A stretch of 64,000 nt of DNA, from assembly GCA_963666735.1 (NCBI GenBank), contig OY762926.1, positions 2,368,001 to 2,432,000 of the forward strand. Reading direction: 5' to 3'. Positions 41,063-50,720 of the stretch are shown here, in pieces (the first letter of the stretch is position 1; each line of letters opens with the position of its first letter). Origin of the DNA: Gemmatimonadota bacterium (GTDB lineage Bacteria > Gemmatimonadota > Gemmatimonadetes > Palauibacterales > Palauibacteraceae). Below the pieces are notes generated by a model. The model saw nothing but the letters and a program-made list of their open reading frames with translations. It did not search any database and was not told where the DNA came from. The position numbers were made by a program, and so were the translations under genes.

Positions 41063-42241
41063 ATGCCGGCCCACCATCGCTCGTCCCGCGTCTCGGCGCC
41101 GCGCCGCCCGTACCCCGCGACGATCGTCTTCCTTCTCACCGTCCTCCTCCTTCCGTCCGCGGCGGCCGGTCAGGACGCGGACGTCATCGATGCCTTTTCC
41201 CGGCAGATCGCATCGGATGTCGCAGCGGACGGCATCGGCGGGATCACGGCGGCGGTCTTCAAGGGAGATCAGGTGCTGTGGGCGCAGGGGTTCGGCTGGG
41301 CCGATCCGGCCAACCGCGTGCCCGCGGGCGTGCGAACGATCTACCGCACCGGGTCGATCTCGAAGTCGGTGACGGCGATCCTGATGGCGGATCTGGCGGA
41401 GGAGGGGAAGGTCGCGCTCGATGACGCCGTCGTGGACCACCTGCCCGAGGCCGCCGGCTTCGGGGACCCGCCGGACGGCATGGCGCCGGTCACGTTCCGG
41501 CAGTTGGCCAGCCACACCGCCGGCCTCATCCGGGAGCCCGAACTCGAAGGAGCCGCGGCCGGGCCGATCGAGGACTGGGGATACAAGATCCTCGCTTCGA
41601 TCCCCCACACCCGGTTCTACACGATGCCCGGAACCCGGTATCAATACTCCAACATCGGGTACGGCGTGCTCGGTTACGCCCTGCAGCGGGCCGCCGGGAC
41701 GTCCTTCATGGACCTCGTCGAGGACCGCCTCTTCGAGCCGCTGGGGATGCGCTCCTCGACCTTCATCGTCGGCCCGGAGCTGTGGCGGCGCGTCGCGGTC
41801 GGCTTCGCGAACGGGGCCGACGGCGCCGCGGACTCCGACTTCCCGGCGCTCGAGCACGAGGGGCGCGGATACAAGGTGCCGAACGGCGGCGTTTACGCGA
41901 CCGTCGGAGATCTCGCCACGTTCGCGGCCGCGGTCATGGGGATGACCGAACACCAGCTCCTGGAGCCGGCCACCCGGCGGGAGGTCATGACGGTGCAGAC
42001 GCCCGAGGATCCCGACGCGGGGTACGGACTCGGTTTCTCGATTCGGCCTGTCGCGCTCGAAAGCGGCGCCGTGCGGTTCGTCGGCCACGGCGGTTCCGTC
42101 GCCGGGTACAACATGTACCTCGTGTTCGAACCCGAGAGCGGCTACGGCGTCGCGCTCGGCCGCAACTACAATCGCGGCGCCACCAACCTTGGCGAGGCTG
42201 GGAACGGGCTCCTCGAGGCGCTGCTCGAGGCCGGCAATTGA
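41063..42241 (+). CDS. Serine hydrolase (beta-lactamase class C-like)
   Basis: SISK (SxxK), YSN, HGG; signal peptide; AAGGAG RBS. Confidence 0.9.
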   Translation: MPAHHRSSRVSAPRRPYPATIVFLLTVLLLPSAAAGQDADVIDAFSRQIASDVAADGIGGITAAVFKGDQVLWAQGFGWADPANRVPAGVRTIYRTGSISKSVTAILMADLAEEGKVALDDAVVDHLPEAAGFGDPPDGMAPVTFRQLASHTAGLIREPELEGAAAGPIEDWGYKILASIPHTRFYTMPGTRYQYSNIGYGVLGYALQRAAGTSFMDLVEDRLFEPLGMRSSTFIVGPELWRRVAVGFANGADGAADSDFPALEHEGRGYKVPNGGVYATVGDLATFAAAVMGMTEHQLLEPATRREVMTVQTPEDPDAGYGLGFSIRPVALESGAVRFVGHGGSVAGYNMYLVFEPESGYGVALGRNYNRGATNLGEAGNGLLEALLEAGN

Positions 42242-43293
42242 ACCCCGCGTCCCGGCGATTCCGCCACGGTATCGCGCCGCTCCTCGCGCTGGCGGCCGTC
42301 GTGCTCGCGCCGTCCCCCGCCGCGGGTCAGGACGAGGAGGAAGAGCGGGTCCTCCGCATCTGCCGGCAGCTCGGACAGGCTGAACTCGAGGTCGGCATCG
42401 AGGGCACGATCCGGGACGATGAGAGCCAGGTCCCCCTGCCGGGGGCGACGGTCGTGATCCGCTACGAAGCCGAACGCGGGCTGGCGACGCCGGAGGATGT
42501 ACGGGTCGAAGCGGATGAGCGAGGGCGATACCAGGCCTGCGGCCTTGAAGCGTTTCGGGAGATCCGGGTGCGACCGAACTATCGGTCCCGGCGCGGGAAG
42601 GAGCGCAAGGTCGAACTCGACCGGTCGCAGTTCGTCGACCTCGAGGTGGACATGGGGGACGCGGCGTTCGTCGTCTTTTCCGTCGTGAACGCCGCGGACG
42701 GGCGCCCGGTGGCGAGCGCGCAGCTCGACTTCTCTCCGCTGCCCATCTCCGGGATCACGGATACGCTCGGACGCGTGGCGTTCCGCTCCATTCCGCCGCT
42801 CACCTACGGCCTGCGCGTCGCGCACATCGGTTACGCGCCCGTGGAGACCGAGATCAACATCCTCACGGACCAGAGCGCGGAATTCCGCGTCGAACTCAAC
42901 ACCCGGGCGATCGCGCTCGCGCCGATCGAGGTGCGGGTGACCGGCCGTGACCCGTTCCTGCTCACGTCGGGGTTCTACGACCGCCGGCAGTCCATCGACG
43001 AGGGCTACTTCGCGACCTATCCGGAGATCGACCAGTTCATCCACCTCGGGCAGGTGTTTCAGTTCAAGCGGGAACTCTCCATCCGGTACCGCCGGAACCA
43101 GCTCATCCTCCTCAACGGCAGGCCGGCCAGCCGCCTCGGATTCAACCGGAGAAACCTGGGCGAACTGAAATTCGACACCGTTCGGGGAATCGAGGCGTAC
43201 AGGTGCAGTGAGGCGCCGCCGGAGATCATGAACCAGGTACCGAACACCATGCTCCTGACCGACTGCAATCTGATCGCGATCTGGACATACTGA
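42238..43293 (+). CDS. Exported carboxypeptidase-regulatory-like + degenerate plug-like protein
   Basis: IALAPIEVRV, GFYDRR, VRGIEAY, CNLIAIWT; TTG start overlaps the previous stop. Confidence 0.7.
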   Translation: MNPASRRFRHGIAPLLALAAVVLAPSPAAGQDEEEERVLRICRQLGQAELEVGIEGTIRDDESQVPLPGATVVIRYEAERGLATPEDVRVEADERGRYQACGLEAFREIRVRPNYRSRRGKERKVELDRSQFVDLEVDMGDAAFVVFSVVNAADGRPVASAQLDFSPLPISGITDTLGRVAFRSIPPLTYGLRVAHIGYAPVETEINILTDQSAEFRVELNTRAIALAPIEVRVTGRDPFLLTSGFYDRRQSIDEGYFATYPEIDQFIHLGQVFQFKRELSIRYRRNQLILLNGRPASRLGFNRRNLGELKFDTVRGIEAYRCSEAPPEIMNQVPNTMLLTDCNLIAIWTY

Positions 43294-44672
43294 GACGCCT
43301 CCGGCGTGCCGTCCGCGATGTCCTGTGGGGCACGCAGGAGGACTTCACCTCCGGGAGCCTGAACCGCGGGGTCCTGCTCCTCGCCATCCCGATGGTACTG
43401 GAGATGGCGGGGGAATCGCTCTTCTTCCTCGTCGACATGGCCGTCGTGAGCCGGCTCGGGGCCGGCGCCCTGGCCGCGATCGCCCTCACGGAAGCGATGC
43501 TGGCGGTCATCTACTCGGTCGCGATGGGGCTCGCGATGTCCACGACCGCGATGGTCGCGCGCCGGACGGGGGAGAAGGACGAGCGCGGCGCCGCGACGGC
43601 CGCCGTGCAGGCGATCGTGCTGAGCGTCGGCATCGCCGCCGTTCTCGGCCTTGCCGGGGCGATGCTGGCCCCGTGGCTGCTCCGGGCCATGGGAGGGTCC
43701 CCCGAAGTCGTCGCCCAGGGCACGACCTTCGCCCGCATCCAGTTGGGCGGGATGGTCGTGATCATCCTCCTCTTCGTGAACAACGCGATCTACCGGGGGG
43801 CGGGCGACCCCTCGATGGCCATGCGTTCCGTGTGGCTGGCGAACGGCATCAACATCGTGCTCGACCCCGTGCTCGTGTTCGGCCTCTGGATCTTCCCGGA
43901 ACTCGGGCTCCCGGGCGCCGCCGTGGCCACGACGACCGGACGCGGCATCGGGGCCCTGTACCAGTTGTGGCACATGTCTCGCGGCGAGCGCATCCGTGTG
44001 CGGCGCGACGACCTCCGGGTCCGTTGGCCCGTGATCCAGCGGCTCGCGCGGGTGTCGGTGGGCGGCGTGGGGCAGATGCTCGTGACCCAGGTCAGCTACA
44101 TTCTCTCGATCCGCATCCTGTCCGAGTTCGGGACGATCGCTCTCGCGGGCTACACGATGGCGATCCGCGTCGTCATCTTCATCATCCTCCCCGCCTGGGG
44201 CCTCGCGAACGCCGCCGCCACGCTCGTGGGCCAGAATCTCGGCGCCGAGAGACCCGGCCGCGCCGAGCGGGCCGTCTACCTCACGGGCTTCTGGAACATG
44301 CTGTTCATGGCCGTGGTGACGGTGGTCTTCGTGGCTTTCTCGGAGCCGATCCTGGCCCCGTTCGCCCCGGACCCGGAGACGCTGGACGTGGGCGTGCGCG
44401 CGCTCCGGATCATCAGCTACGGGTACATCTTCTACGCCTGGGGCATGGTGACGATGCAGGCCTTCAACGGAGCCGGGGACACGGCGACGCCGACCTGGAT
44501 CAACATCGGCGTGTTCTGGTTCTTCCAGTTGCCGCTTGCCGCGCTCCTCGCCTTCGGCGCCGGGTGGGGCGAGACCGGCGTGTTCTGGTCGTTCGCGGTC
44601 GCCTACTCGCTGTCGGCCGTCGTCGGCCTCTGGATATTCCGCCGCGGCCGCTGGAAGCAGAAGGTCGTCTAG
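43281..44672 (+). CDS. MATE family efflux transporter (start uncertain; first ATG at 43392)
   Basis: DFTSGSLNRGVLLLAIPM, RGAGD, NIVLDPVL, VGQNLGA. Confidence 0.9.
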   Translation: MDILRRLRRAVRDVLWGTQEDFTSGSLNRGVLLLAIPMVLEMAGESLFFLVDMAVVSRLGAGALAAIALTEAMLAVIYSVAMGLAMSTTAMVARRTGEKDERGAATAAVQAIVLSVGIAAVLGLAGAMLAPWLLRAMGGSPEVVAQGTTFARIQLGGMVVIILLFVNNAIYRGAGDPSMAMRSVWLANGINIVLDPVLVFGLWIFPELGLPGAAVATTTGRGIGALYQLWHMSRGERIRVRRDDLRVRWPVIQRLARVSVGGVGQMLVTQVSYILSIRILSEFGTIALAGYTMAIRVVIFIILPAWGLANAAATLVGQNLGAERPGRAERAVYLTGFWNMLFMAVVTVVFVAFSEPILAPFAPDPETLDVGVRALRIISYGYIFYAWGMVTMQAFNGAGDTATPTWINIGVFWFFQLPLAALLAFGAGWGETGVFWSFAVAYSLSAVVGLWIFRRGRWKQKVV

Positions 44673-44682
44673 ACGAACCGCG

Positions 44683-46138
44683 CTAGGCGGAACACTGGGC
44701 CCGGCGCGCGAACCCCTTGGACCGAAGCGCGAGCACGACGCGAAGCTGTGCCCCCTCGGAGATTTCCGCAGTCTGTGCGGAACTATCGAAGCCTCCGCAC
44801 AGGGCTCGGATCCGGTGGGAGCCCAGGGGGAGGCCGTCCAGCGAGAATGCGCCCGTGCGGTCCGTTACGGCGCGGAAATCCGTACCGTCCACGGTGATAC
44901 GTACGGCCTCGAGCGGCTGGCGCGTGACCTCGTTGACCACAAGACCTGTGACCGATCCCGGAGGAGTAACCGGCACGCTGAGCCTCACTTCGGCGCGCGC
45001 AATGGCCGACACCAGGGAAGGGCCGCTCGAGTGGGGGCCGTAAGCGGCCGAGAGTTCCACTTCCGCTCCGACAGGGAGGTCGCACAGCCGATACCGTCCC
45101 AACGAGTCCGTTCGCACGACAGTCTCCACGCGCTCGAGGCTCCCGGAAGCCGGGAACGAGGCGATCACATGCGCCGCCGGCAGTCTCACCTCCGTGACCT
45201 CGTCGTCCACAAACCCCTCCAGCGCCACTTCATCCGGGCGCCCGGCAGGCTCGCACAGGTTGACCTCGATCACCGGTATCTCCGCCTCCGCCGCCGTCCA
45301 GTTGGACCAGAGGATGATCGCGCCGCAGGTCATGGAGGACGCGTCCCAGGCGAAGAACGGGACTCTCGCGCCAGGTTGGTACAACTCCGCCGCGCCGATC
45401 TCGTACACGGACAGTTCTTCCAGCAGCGTCGGGGGCGGCCCCACCGGAGAACGGAAGGTTCCCGCCGGATTCAGGGAGTACGACCGGCTCGTTCCCCAGC
45501 CGTCTGTCGCCCCGATCGGCCTCCGGTCGAGGTATACCGGAATCTTCTCACAGCGCGACAACGGGGCACGGCCCTGGAGGGTCGACATGAAGTCGGAGAG
45601 CCGCACGAAACCGGCCTTGTTGGCCTCGATCCACTCAGGCTCGAGGAACACGCCCCAGCCCTCCTCCATCCGGTCGTAGAAGCCGGACTCGACCAACCGC
45701 GACGGACGCCCTTCCACGCCGACTTCCAGCGGATCCAGCGGGATCGCCCGCGGGGTTAGCCGAACATCCAGCCGTGGCGGAGTCCGCAGTCCGATTTCCA
45801 GCGGGACACTGAGTACGTCATAGCCGATGCGTCGTGCTCCGAGTACGTATTCGCCGGGCGCAATCTGAGCGAAGGTGAACGCACCGGTCCGGTCCCGTGA
45901 TCGTTTCCCGGGCTGAACCGGACGCGTCGGCGAGCCGGACCGTAGCGCCCTCGACCGGCGCTCCCGTTCCGTCGTCGATGACGGTCCCGGCGACCTCCAC
46001 GCCCTCCTGAGCCGCTACCTCCCGAGGCGCGAAACCGCTCGCCGCCCACACTGCCGCCGCCGCGAGCATCGACGCCGTTACGCTTCGCAACCACAAGTCG
46101 CTTCGAGTCAAAGCACGGTTCCCCGTTAGATCGAGCAC
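44683..46138 (-). pseudogene. Frameshifted carboxypeptidase-regulatory-like/plug-like exported protein
   Basis: The N-terminal ORF (signal, VAGTVIDD) joins the 344-aa ORF if one base near 45895 is removed, restoring ITDRTGAFTF. Confidence 0.75.
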
Positions 46139-46600
46139 TCGGCCCGCGACGCCAAAGCGGTCCGGCGGAGCTTGAGAACCACCGCCGAGCTTCCGCCTTC
46201 GGAAACTCCACGTCCTGCGCCGGACCCGAATATCCCCGGCACGTTGCCCGGATCCGGTAGGACCCCGGCGGAAGGTCCGCGAGAGAGAATCTGCCCGCAG
46301 CGTTGGTCACCGCACGGAACTCCGTATCGACCAGCACGATTCGTGCGCCCTCGATGAGTTCCGATGTCGCCCCGTTCAGGACGAGTCCGGTGATCGAAGC
46401 GGCAAACGCCTGGACGAGGAGAATAGACCATGGCGCCGCTCGTCAGTAGACCCCGCAATCCCCGCTCGCGTCACTTCCACGGAGAAACCGGCGTTGCGCT
46501 GAGTGCCGCCGTACAGCCTCCATCGGCGGCCACCCGGGTGCCTCGAGACCGACCACGACGACGAGGCCAACGGCACCGACCCCGCCACGTCACCCCAACC
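46126..46600 (-). pseudogene. Degraded 3' remnant of a paralog of the 44683-46138 gene
   Basis: FRAVTNAAGRFSL...RIRATCRG and ...ASRAECSI mirror FRAVTDRTGAFSL...RIRALCGG and ARRAQCSA across frameshifts. Confidence 0.6.
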
Positions 46601-46672
46601 ACCGGTCATAAACCCGCCTTCGGTCGGTCGACTTATGCGGCAACGCAGGACCCGGGCTTAAGCAGTCACCGA

Positions 46673-46876
46673 TCAGGAAATATCGTAATAATAATAGTAC
46701 TCATCACAACACTCGCTGCCTCCTGGACACATCACCTCGCATACGCTGAGGCAAAGGGGGCCCCCATAATTACCACATGCCTGAGCTCTCGCCGTTTGCG
46801 GCGTCGCTCCGTGCATAACACCGAGCGCAACAACGGCTGTCAATATCGACCGCAGCATCAACTTCTTCCACGTCAT
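46673..46876 (-). CDS. Secreted 6-Cys peptide precursor A1 (67 aa)
   Basis: AAGGAG RBS; signal ending ARA; mature QACGNYGGPLCLSVCEVMCPGGSECCDEYYYYYDIS. Confidence 0.85.
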   Translation of the reverse strand: MTWKKLMLRSILTAVVALGVMHGATPQTARAQACGNYGGPLCLSVCEVMCPGGSECCDEYYYYYDIS

Positions 46877-46965
46877 CGTCGACTCCTTCCCCTTTTTTCG
46901 TTTCGTCCGGACTTCCCAAACAGCGCGTTTGACAAGAACCCTTTCGCTACCTGTCCCGTGATATA

Positions 46966-48138
46966 TTATCCCTTCATCGCTTCGGCGTTTGGCCTCCACA
47001 CCTCTACACGCTCGACGCCGAAATCGTCTATCGTTTTTATCAGTAAGATCTCTGGTTCGATCTGCCATAACTTCGCTTCGACCGGGAGCGACGTTCTGCC
47101 AACCGCCCGGCCGGCCCGATCAACAACCGTCCAAGTGCGAGTCTCGTCATTGCGGAATCCAGCGTCTCCCACCCAAAGGTGTTCGCCGCTGGCGCTCCAT
47201 TGCAGCTGCGCATAAAACCGGCCCCGCTCGTTGGCGTCGTCAAGCGACTGTACGTCGCGGGCTCCATTCCACTCACCACGAGGGTGATCCGGGTCCTCCC
47301 ACGTCGCAAGCAGCTCGCCCTTCGCATCCCGAATTTCGATTGCCGGCCGGTCATTAGAACTCGTCGCAAATACTCCATCTCGCGAAGTTATCGCCGCCAC
47401 CGGACCTTCCGGCGCCGCTCGAAGCCGAAAACCCGTCGTTCCTGCGGAACTCTCCCACCACATGTCACCAACCGAAAACATCAACTCTGGATCTGCTCGC
47501 CCCCCTCCAACCCGCAGCACCCGTACGGAATCCCGTGCGATCCTCATCTCCCGCGGATCCAATCCGCTCGAAACCGCAATGAACATCTCCGAACCCGATC
47601 CCGCCCACATCTCGCTAGCTTGTTGGTGTGCGTCCGCCAGCCGAACAGACATTGATTGGTTATAGACTCCTGCTCCATCGAAAACCGATATGCGAGCTCC
47701 CAGCGCATCCAAGGCCAGAACCGAACCTCCATCACCAATCTCGATCGATCGCAGGTTTCTGAACTCTCCCGGTCCTTCACCCCCTTTACCAAACGAGTAC
47801 AGAAACTGCCCGGCGCCGGAATACACACGAATCTCGCTCGTGCCCGAATTCGCAACGAACAATGTTCCATCTTGAGTCCGGAAGCCATCTAGCGCTCGAA
47901 ACAACAGATACTCAGCCGGCCCTTCCGCTAGCCCGATCCGCATCGACGGCGCCCAAGATGTTACCGCATCAACGCGACGATCAATAGTGACAGTCGCCGG
48001 CTCAATCGTGGTCAATCTCTCCGACGTCGGTTCAGCACATGACGCAACCGCCATCGCTACGACAATGACGGTACAGCGACACATCATCGACATCCGCAGG
48101 GACGACGACGATCGGGCCAATCTTGTTAATTCATCCAT
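46966..48138 (-). CDS. Beta-propeller lipoprotein of peptide locus A (alternative start 48093)
   Basis: VASC lipobox, GEGPGEF, DDFGVERVEV. Confidence 0.8.
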   Translation of the reverse strand: MDELTRLARSSSSLRMSMMCRCTVIVVAMAVASCAEPTSERLTTIEPATVTIDRRVDAVTSWAPSMRIGLAEGPAEYLLFRALDGFRTQDGTLFVANSGTSEIRVYSGAGQFLYSFGKGGEGPGEFRNLRSIEIGDGGSVLALDALGARISVFDGAGVYNQSMSVRLADAHQQASEMWAGSGSEMFIAVSSGLDPREMRIARDSVRVLRVGGGRADPELMFSVGDMWWESSAGTTGFRLRAAPEGPVAAITSRDGVFATSSNDRPAIEIRDAKGELLATWEDPDHPRGEWNGARDVQSLDDANERGRFYAQLQWSASGEHLWVGDAGFRNDETRTWTVVDRAGRAVGRTSLPVEAKLWQIEPEILLIKTIDDFGVERVEVWRPNAEAMKG

Positions 48139-48815
48139 GCAGTTTGGCTTCCTGGCGATAGGAGTTCGCGGAGCTCCAGCAGCCCTGGCGTACCGGTAAT
48201 GAGTCGCTGATCCACCACCATCGCAGGGGTGCCGATCAGAGATAGATACTGTGCTTCGATCAAAGTCGCAGCGATGCGGGACTTGTGAACCTCGCCATTG
48301 ACGCACGCACTGAAGCGAGGCAAGTCAGGGATGTCCGCTTGCCTCGCAAGTTCGTCGATTGACACAGTGGAAAGATGATCCTGAGATGCAAGAGCAATCC
48401 GGTGGAAGGTGCTGAAGCGCCCTTGGTCGCCGGCACACTCGGCGCCAAGTGCGGCCAAATAGGCGGGGTTACCGCGTATGGGGCGAACCAAGTGGCGCAG
48501 ATTTATGGTTAATGATGTCGAATCGTCGCGGATGACCGTATCGAGATTATTCCACAGTTCTCGACAAAAGGGACACAGGTAATTTGAGTAAAGGACGACC
48601 GCGATCGGACCAGTCCCGTGGGTTTGTGCGGCAGAATTGTTGCCGTAGATCTCCTGCGCCAAATCGAACTCTATATGTTCAACTGCATAAGTGGCCTCAT
48701 TGCCGGTGCGGAAAAACCCATACCAAATGACGACCGCCGCCAGCAGGAGTACCCAAAGGATTTTCGCGATGGTATTGAGAACTGTACGGCTTAGCCGCCG
48801 TATTGAGATGGGCAC
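48126..48815 (-). CDS. Membrane-anchored DsbA-like thiol-disulfide oxidoreductase
   Basis: N-terminal TM helix, YSNYLCPFC, AECAGDQG...FSAC, GTP cis-Pro loop. Confidence 0.88.
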   Translation of the reverse strand: MPISIRRLSRTVLNTIAKILWVLLLAAVVIWYGFFRTGNEATYAVEHIEFDLAQEIYGNNSAAQTHGTGPIAVVLYSNYLCPFCRELWNNLDTVIRDDSTSLTINLRHLVRPIRGNPAYLAALGAECAGDQGRFSTFHRIALASQDHLSTVSIDELARQADIPDLPRFSACVNGEVHKSRIAATLIEAQYLSLIGTPAMVVDQRLITGTPGLLELRELLSPGSQTAWMN

Positions 48816-48909
48816 AGAACCCGCTACCGGCAGCTCGCGCTGGCTTCGTCGTACACCGATGGATCTACTCCTCGTTGAGGGGCGTGTCGGTAATGCTGGA
48901 CGTTGACAG

Positions 48910-49131
48910 TTAGTCGTCTATCTTTGGAAAGTAACTGTAATGCGACGTGCAGCACTTATCTTCGTAAGGTGGCGAGCACATCAGCAGGCACGTCTTGCGA
49001 CACATCTTACCGTCGTTGGCACCGCAAGATGCCGCTGCCGTGACGTTCTGCGCACCAAAGCCTAGGGCCACCATGGTCAGGACTGCGACAGTGAGAGTTG
49101 TGGGGATGAGGTGGCTCCACTTGATCCGCAT
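48910..49131 (-). CDS. Secreted 6-Cys peptide precursor A2 (73 aa)
   Basis: AGGAG RBS; signal peptide; SCGANDGKMCRKTCLLMCSPPYEDKCCTSHYSYFPKIDD. Confidence 0.85.
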   Translation of the reverse strand: MRIKWSHLIPTTLTVAVLTMVALGFGAQNVTAAASCGANDGKMCRKTCLLMCSPPYEDKCCTSHYSYFPKIDD

Positions 49132-49199
49132 TGAGCATTTCTCCTGTCTTAGGGTTGACTTCAGCCGGCGACCGGCGACGGCGAGGAACTGAGGGTACT

Positions 49200-49229
49200 A
49201 TCCTAAGCAGGTGTGGCTACGGTTGTCAA
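49200..49229 (-). promoter_or_regulatory. Putative sigma70 promoter of locus A
   Basis: TTGACA-N18-TAGGAT on the minus strand about 70 nt upstream of the A2 start. Confidence 0.55.
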
Positions 49230-49399
49230 GGGCTGCCGGGACTCGACGTGTCAAACCGCAATAGAAATGTCCGGGGTTAGAGCGCAGTAGAAATGTCCTC
49301 CCCCGGCGGTTCGGTTTTGCCCCGCTCCCGGGCCGGTTCGGTCGTGCGGGGCGGTTCCTTCTCGTTGGATATCTCTTCTCTCTCGCGGCGGAGGTCTCG

Positions 49400-50656
49400 G
49401 CGGGCGACGGCCTGCTGGACCGAGGCTTGGAAGTGCCTGCGCCACGGGTGGTCCGGAGCCGGCTTCGGGGGCGCGGGCCTCGGCTTCGCCGACTTGGCGG
49501 GCGCGTCGCCGGGGGAGGCGGGGGGGGCTCGGCATAAGGGTTCGAGCTCCAGGTAGCGCTCGCCGAAGCGGACCTCGCCGCCGAGGCGGCGCTCGACGAC
49601 GACCTAGTCGCCGGGGGCGATGCCGGCGGCGTCGCTCTCCGGGATCTGCCAGTGGTGGTTCCGGAACCGGACCGGGAGGTCGCGGGCCACGACGCGCCTC
49701 TCCGTCTCGGCGAAGAGCGCCTCGAGGTCCGCACCGGCCGGTAGCGGGCGGTGCGCGTCGCGGGGATCGGCGGGCTCCACGGCGAAGCGTTCGTTTCAGA
49801 ACGGGACCCAGTAGTCGGCGAGGAAGCGGTTGGCCCCCTCCAGCGTGGCGATCCCCTCCACCCGCATCTCCCTGACCAGCCGGTCCTGTGCCGTGCCGAA
49901 GCTGCGCTCGACCCGGCCCTTGGCCTGAGGCGAGCCCGCGAGGATCACCTCGACGTCCAGCTCGCCCAGTGCCCGGGCGATGATCGTGTCCGTGCGCTCC
50001 TCCTTCTTCGACAGCCACTGCCCGAAGTGTCCGGCGTGGTCGGTGTACACCGCCACCGGGCGGCCGTGGCGGCGCAGGTAGCCGATGATCGCCCGCCGGT
50101 TCTCCGCCCCGTCGTCGCGCGCCGCGAAGCGGGCCATGAGCAGCCGGCTCGTCGCGTCGTCGTGGATCGAGATCAGCGTCTGGCTCCCCGGCAACCTCTC
50201 CTCCAGCCACGGATGCACCGAGCTGTCCCACTGCCCCGGCTCGCCCAGCGCCGCCCGCCTCGGACGCCGGCGGCGGTGCTTCGCGCGCTTGCGGCGACGC
50301 TCCCACAGCCCGGCCTCCAGCATCCAGCACCGCAGCGTCTCCGCGCTCAGACGCAGCCCGAAGCGTCTTTCCAGGTGTTCCGCAAGCAGCGTCGGCCCGA
50401 AGTCCCGGTACAGCGGATCCCTCGCAACCTCCAGCGCCCGCTCCCGATCTTCCGCGCGCAGCGCCCGGTTCGACCGCCGTCCCCGCAGGCCGTGTACCGC
50501 CGCCGCATCGCCCTCCGCCTCGAACCTCCGGCGCAACCGGCGAAAATGCCGCCGAGTCACGCCGATCCGCTCCGCTCCCGCAGCGACCGTCAGCACTCCC
50601 TCGCTCACCTGTCTCAGCACCGAGATGCGATCCCGCTCCCTCAGACTCAGGTCCAT
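49400..50656 (-). pseudogene. IS1202/ISNCY-type DDE transposase with premature stops (3' end approximate)
   Basis: HTH, QWDSSVHPW, DDATS, YTDH, SPQAKGRVER; in-frame TGA at 49796 and TAG at 49604. Confidence 0.85.
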
Positions 50657-50720
50657 CCGCTCCCCTCCCGGATCCCGTTCCGCCGTTGACCGAACATGGA
50701 CCGTAAGAGGACATTTCTAC

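Noticed and set aside
41063..42241. True beta-lactamase resistance gene
   Set aside because: The motifs fit the broad serine hydrolase family (HGG rather than KTG); activity cannot be inferred
46673..49131. Classical RiPP (ranthipeptide, lanthipeptide, bufferin) cluster
   Set aside because: No radical SAM, LanB/C/M, DUF692 or double-Gly leader/peptidase; the leaders are Sec signals
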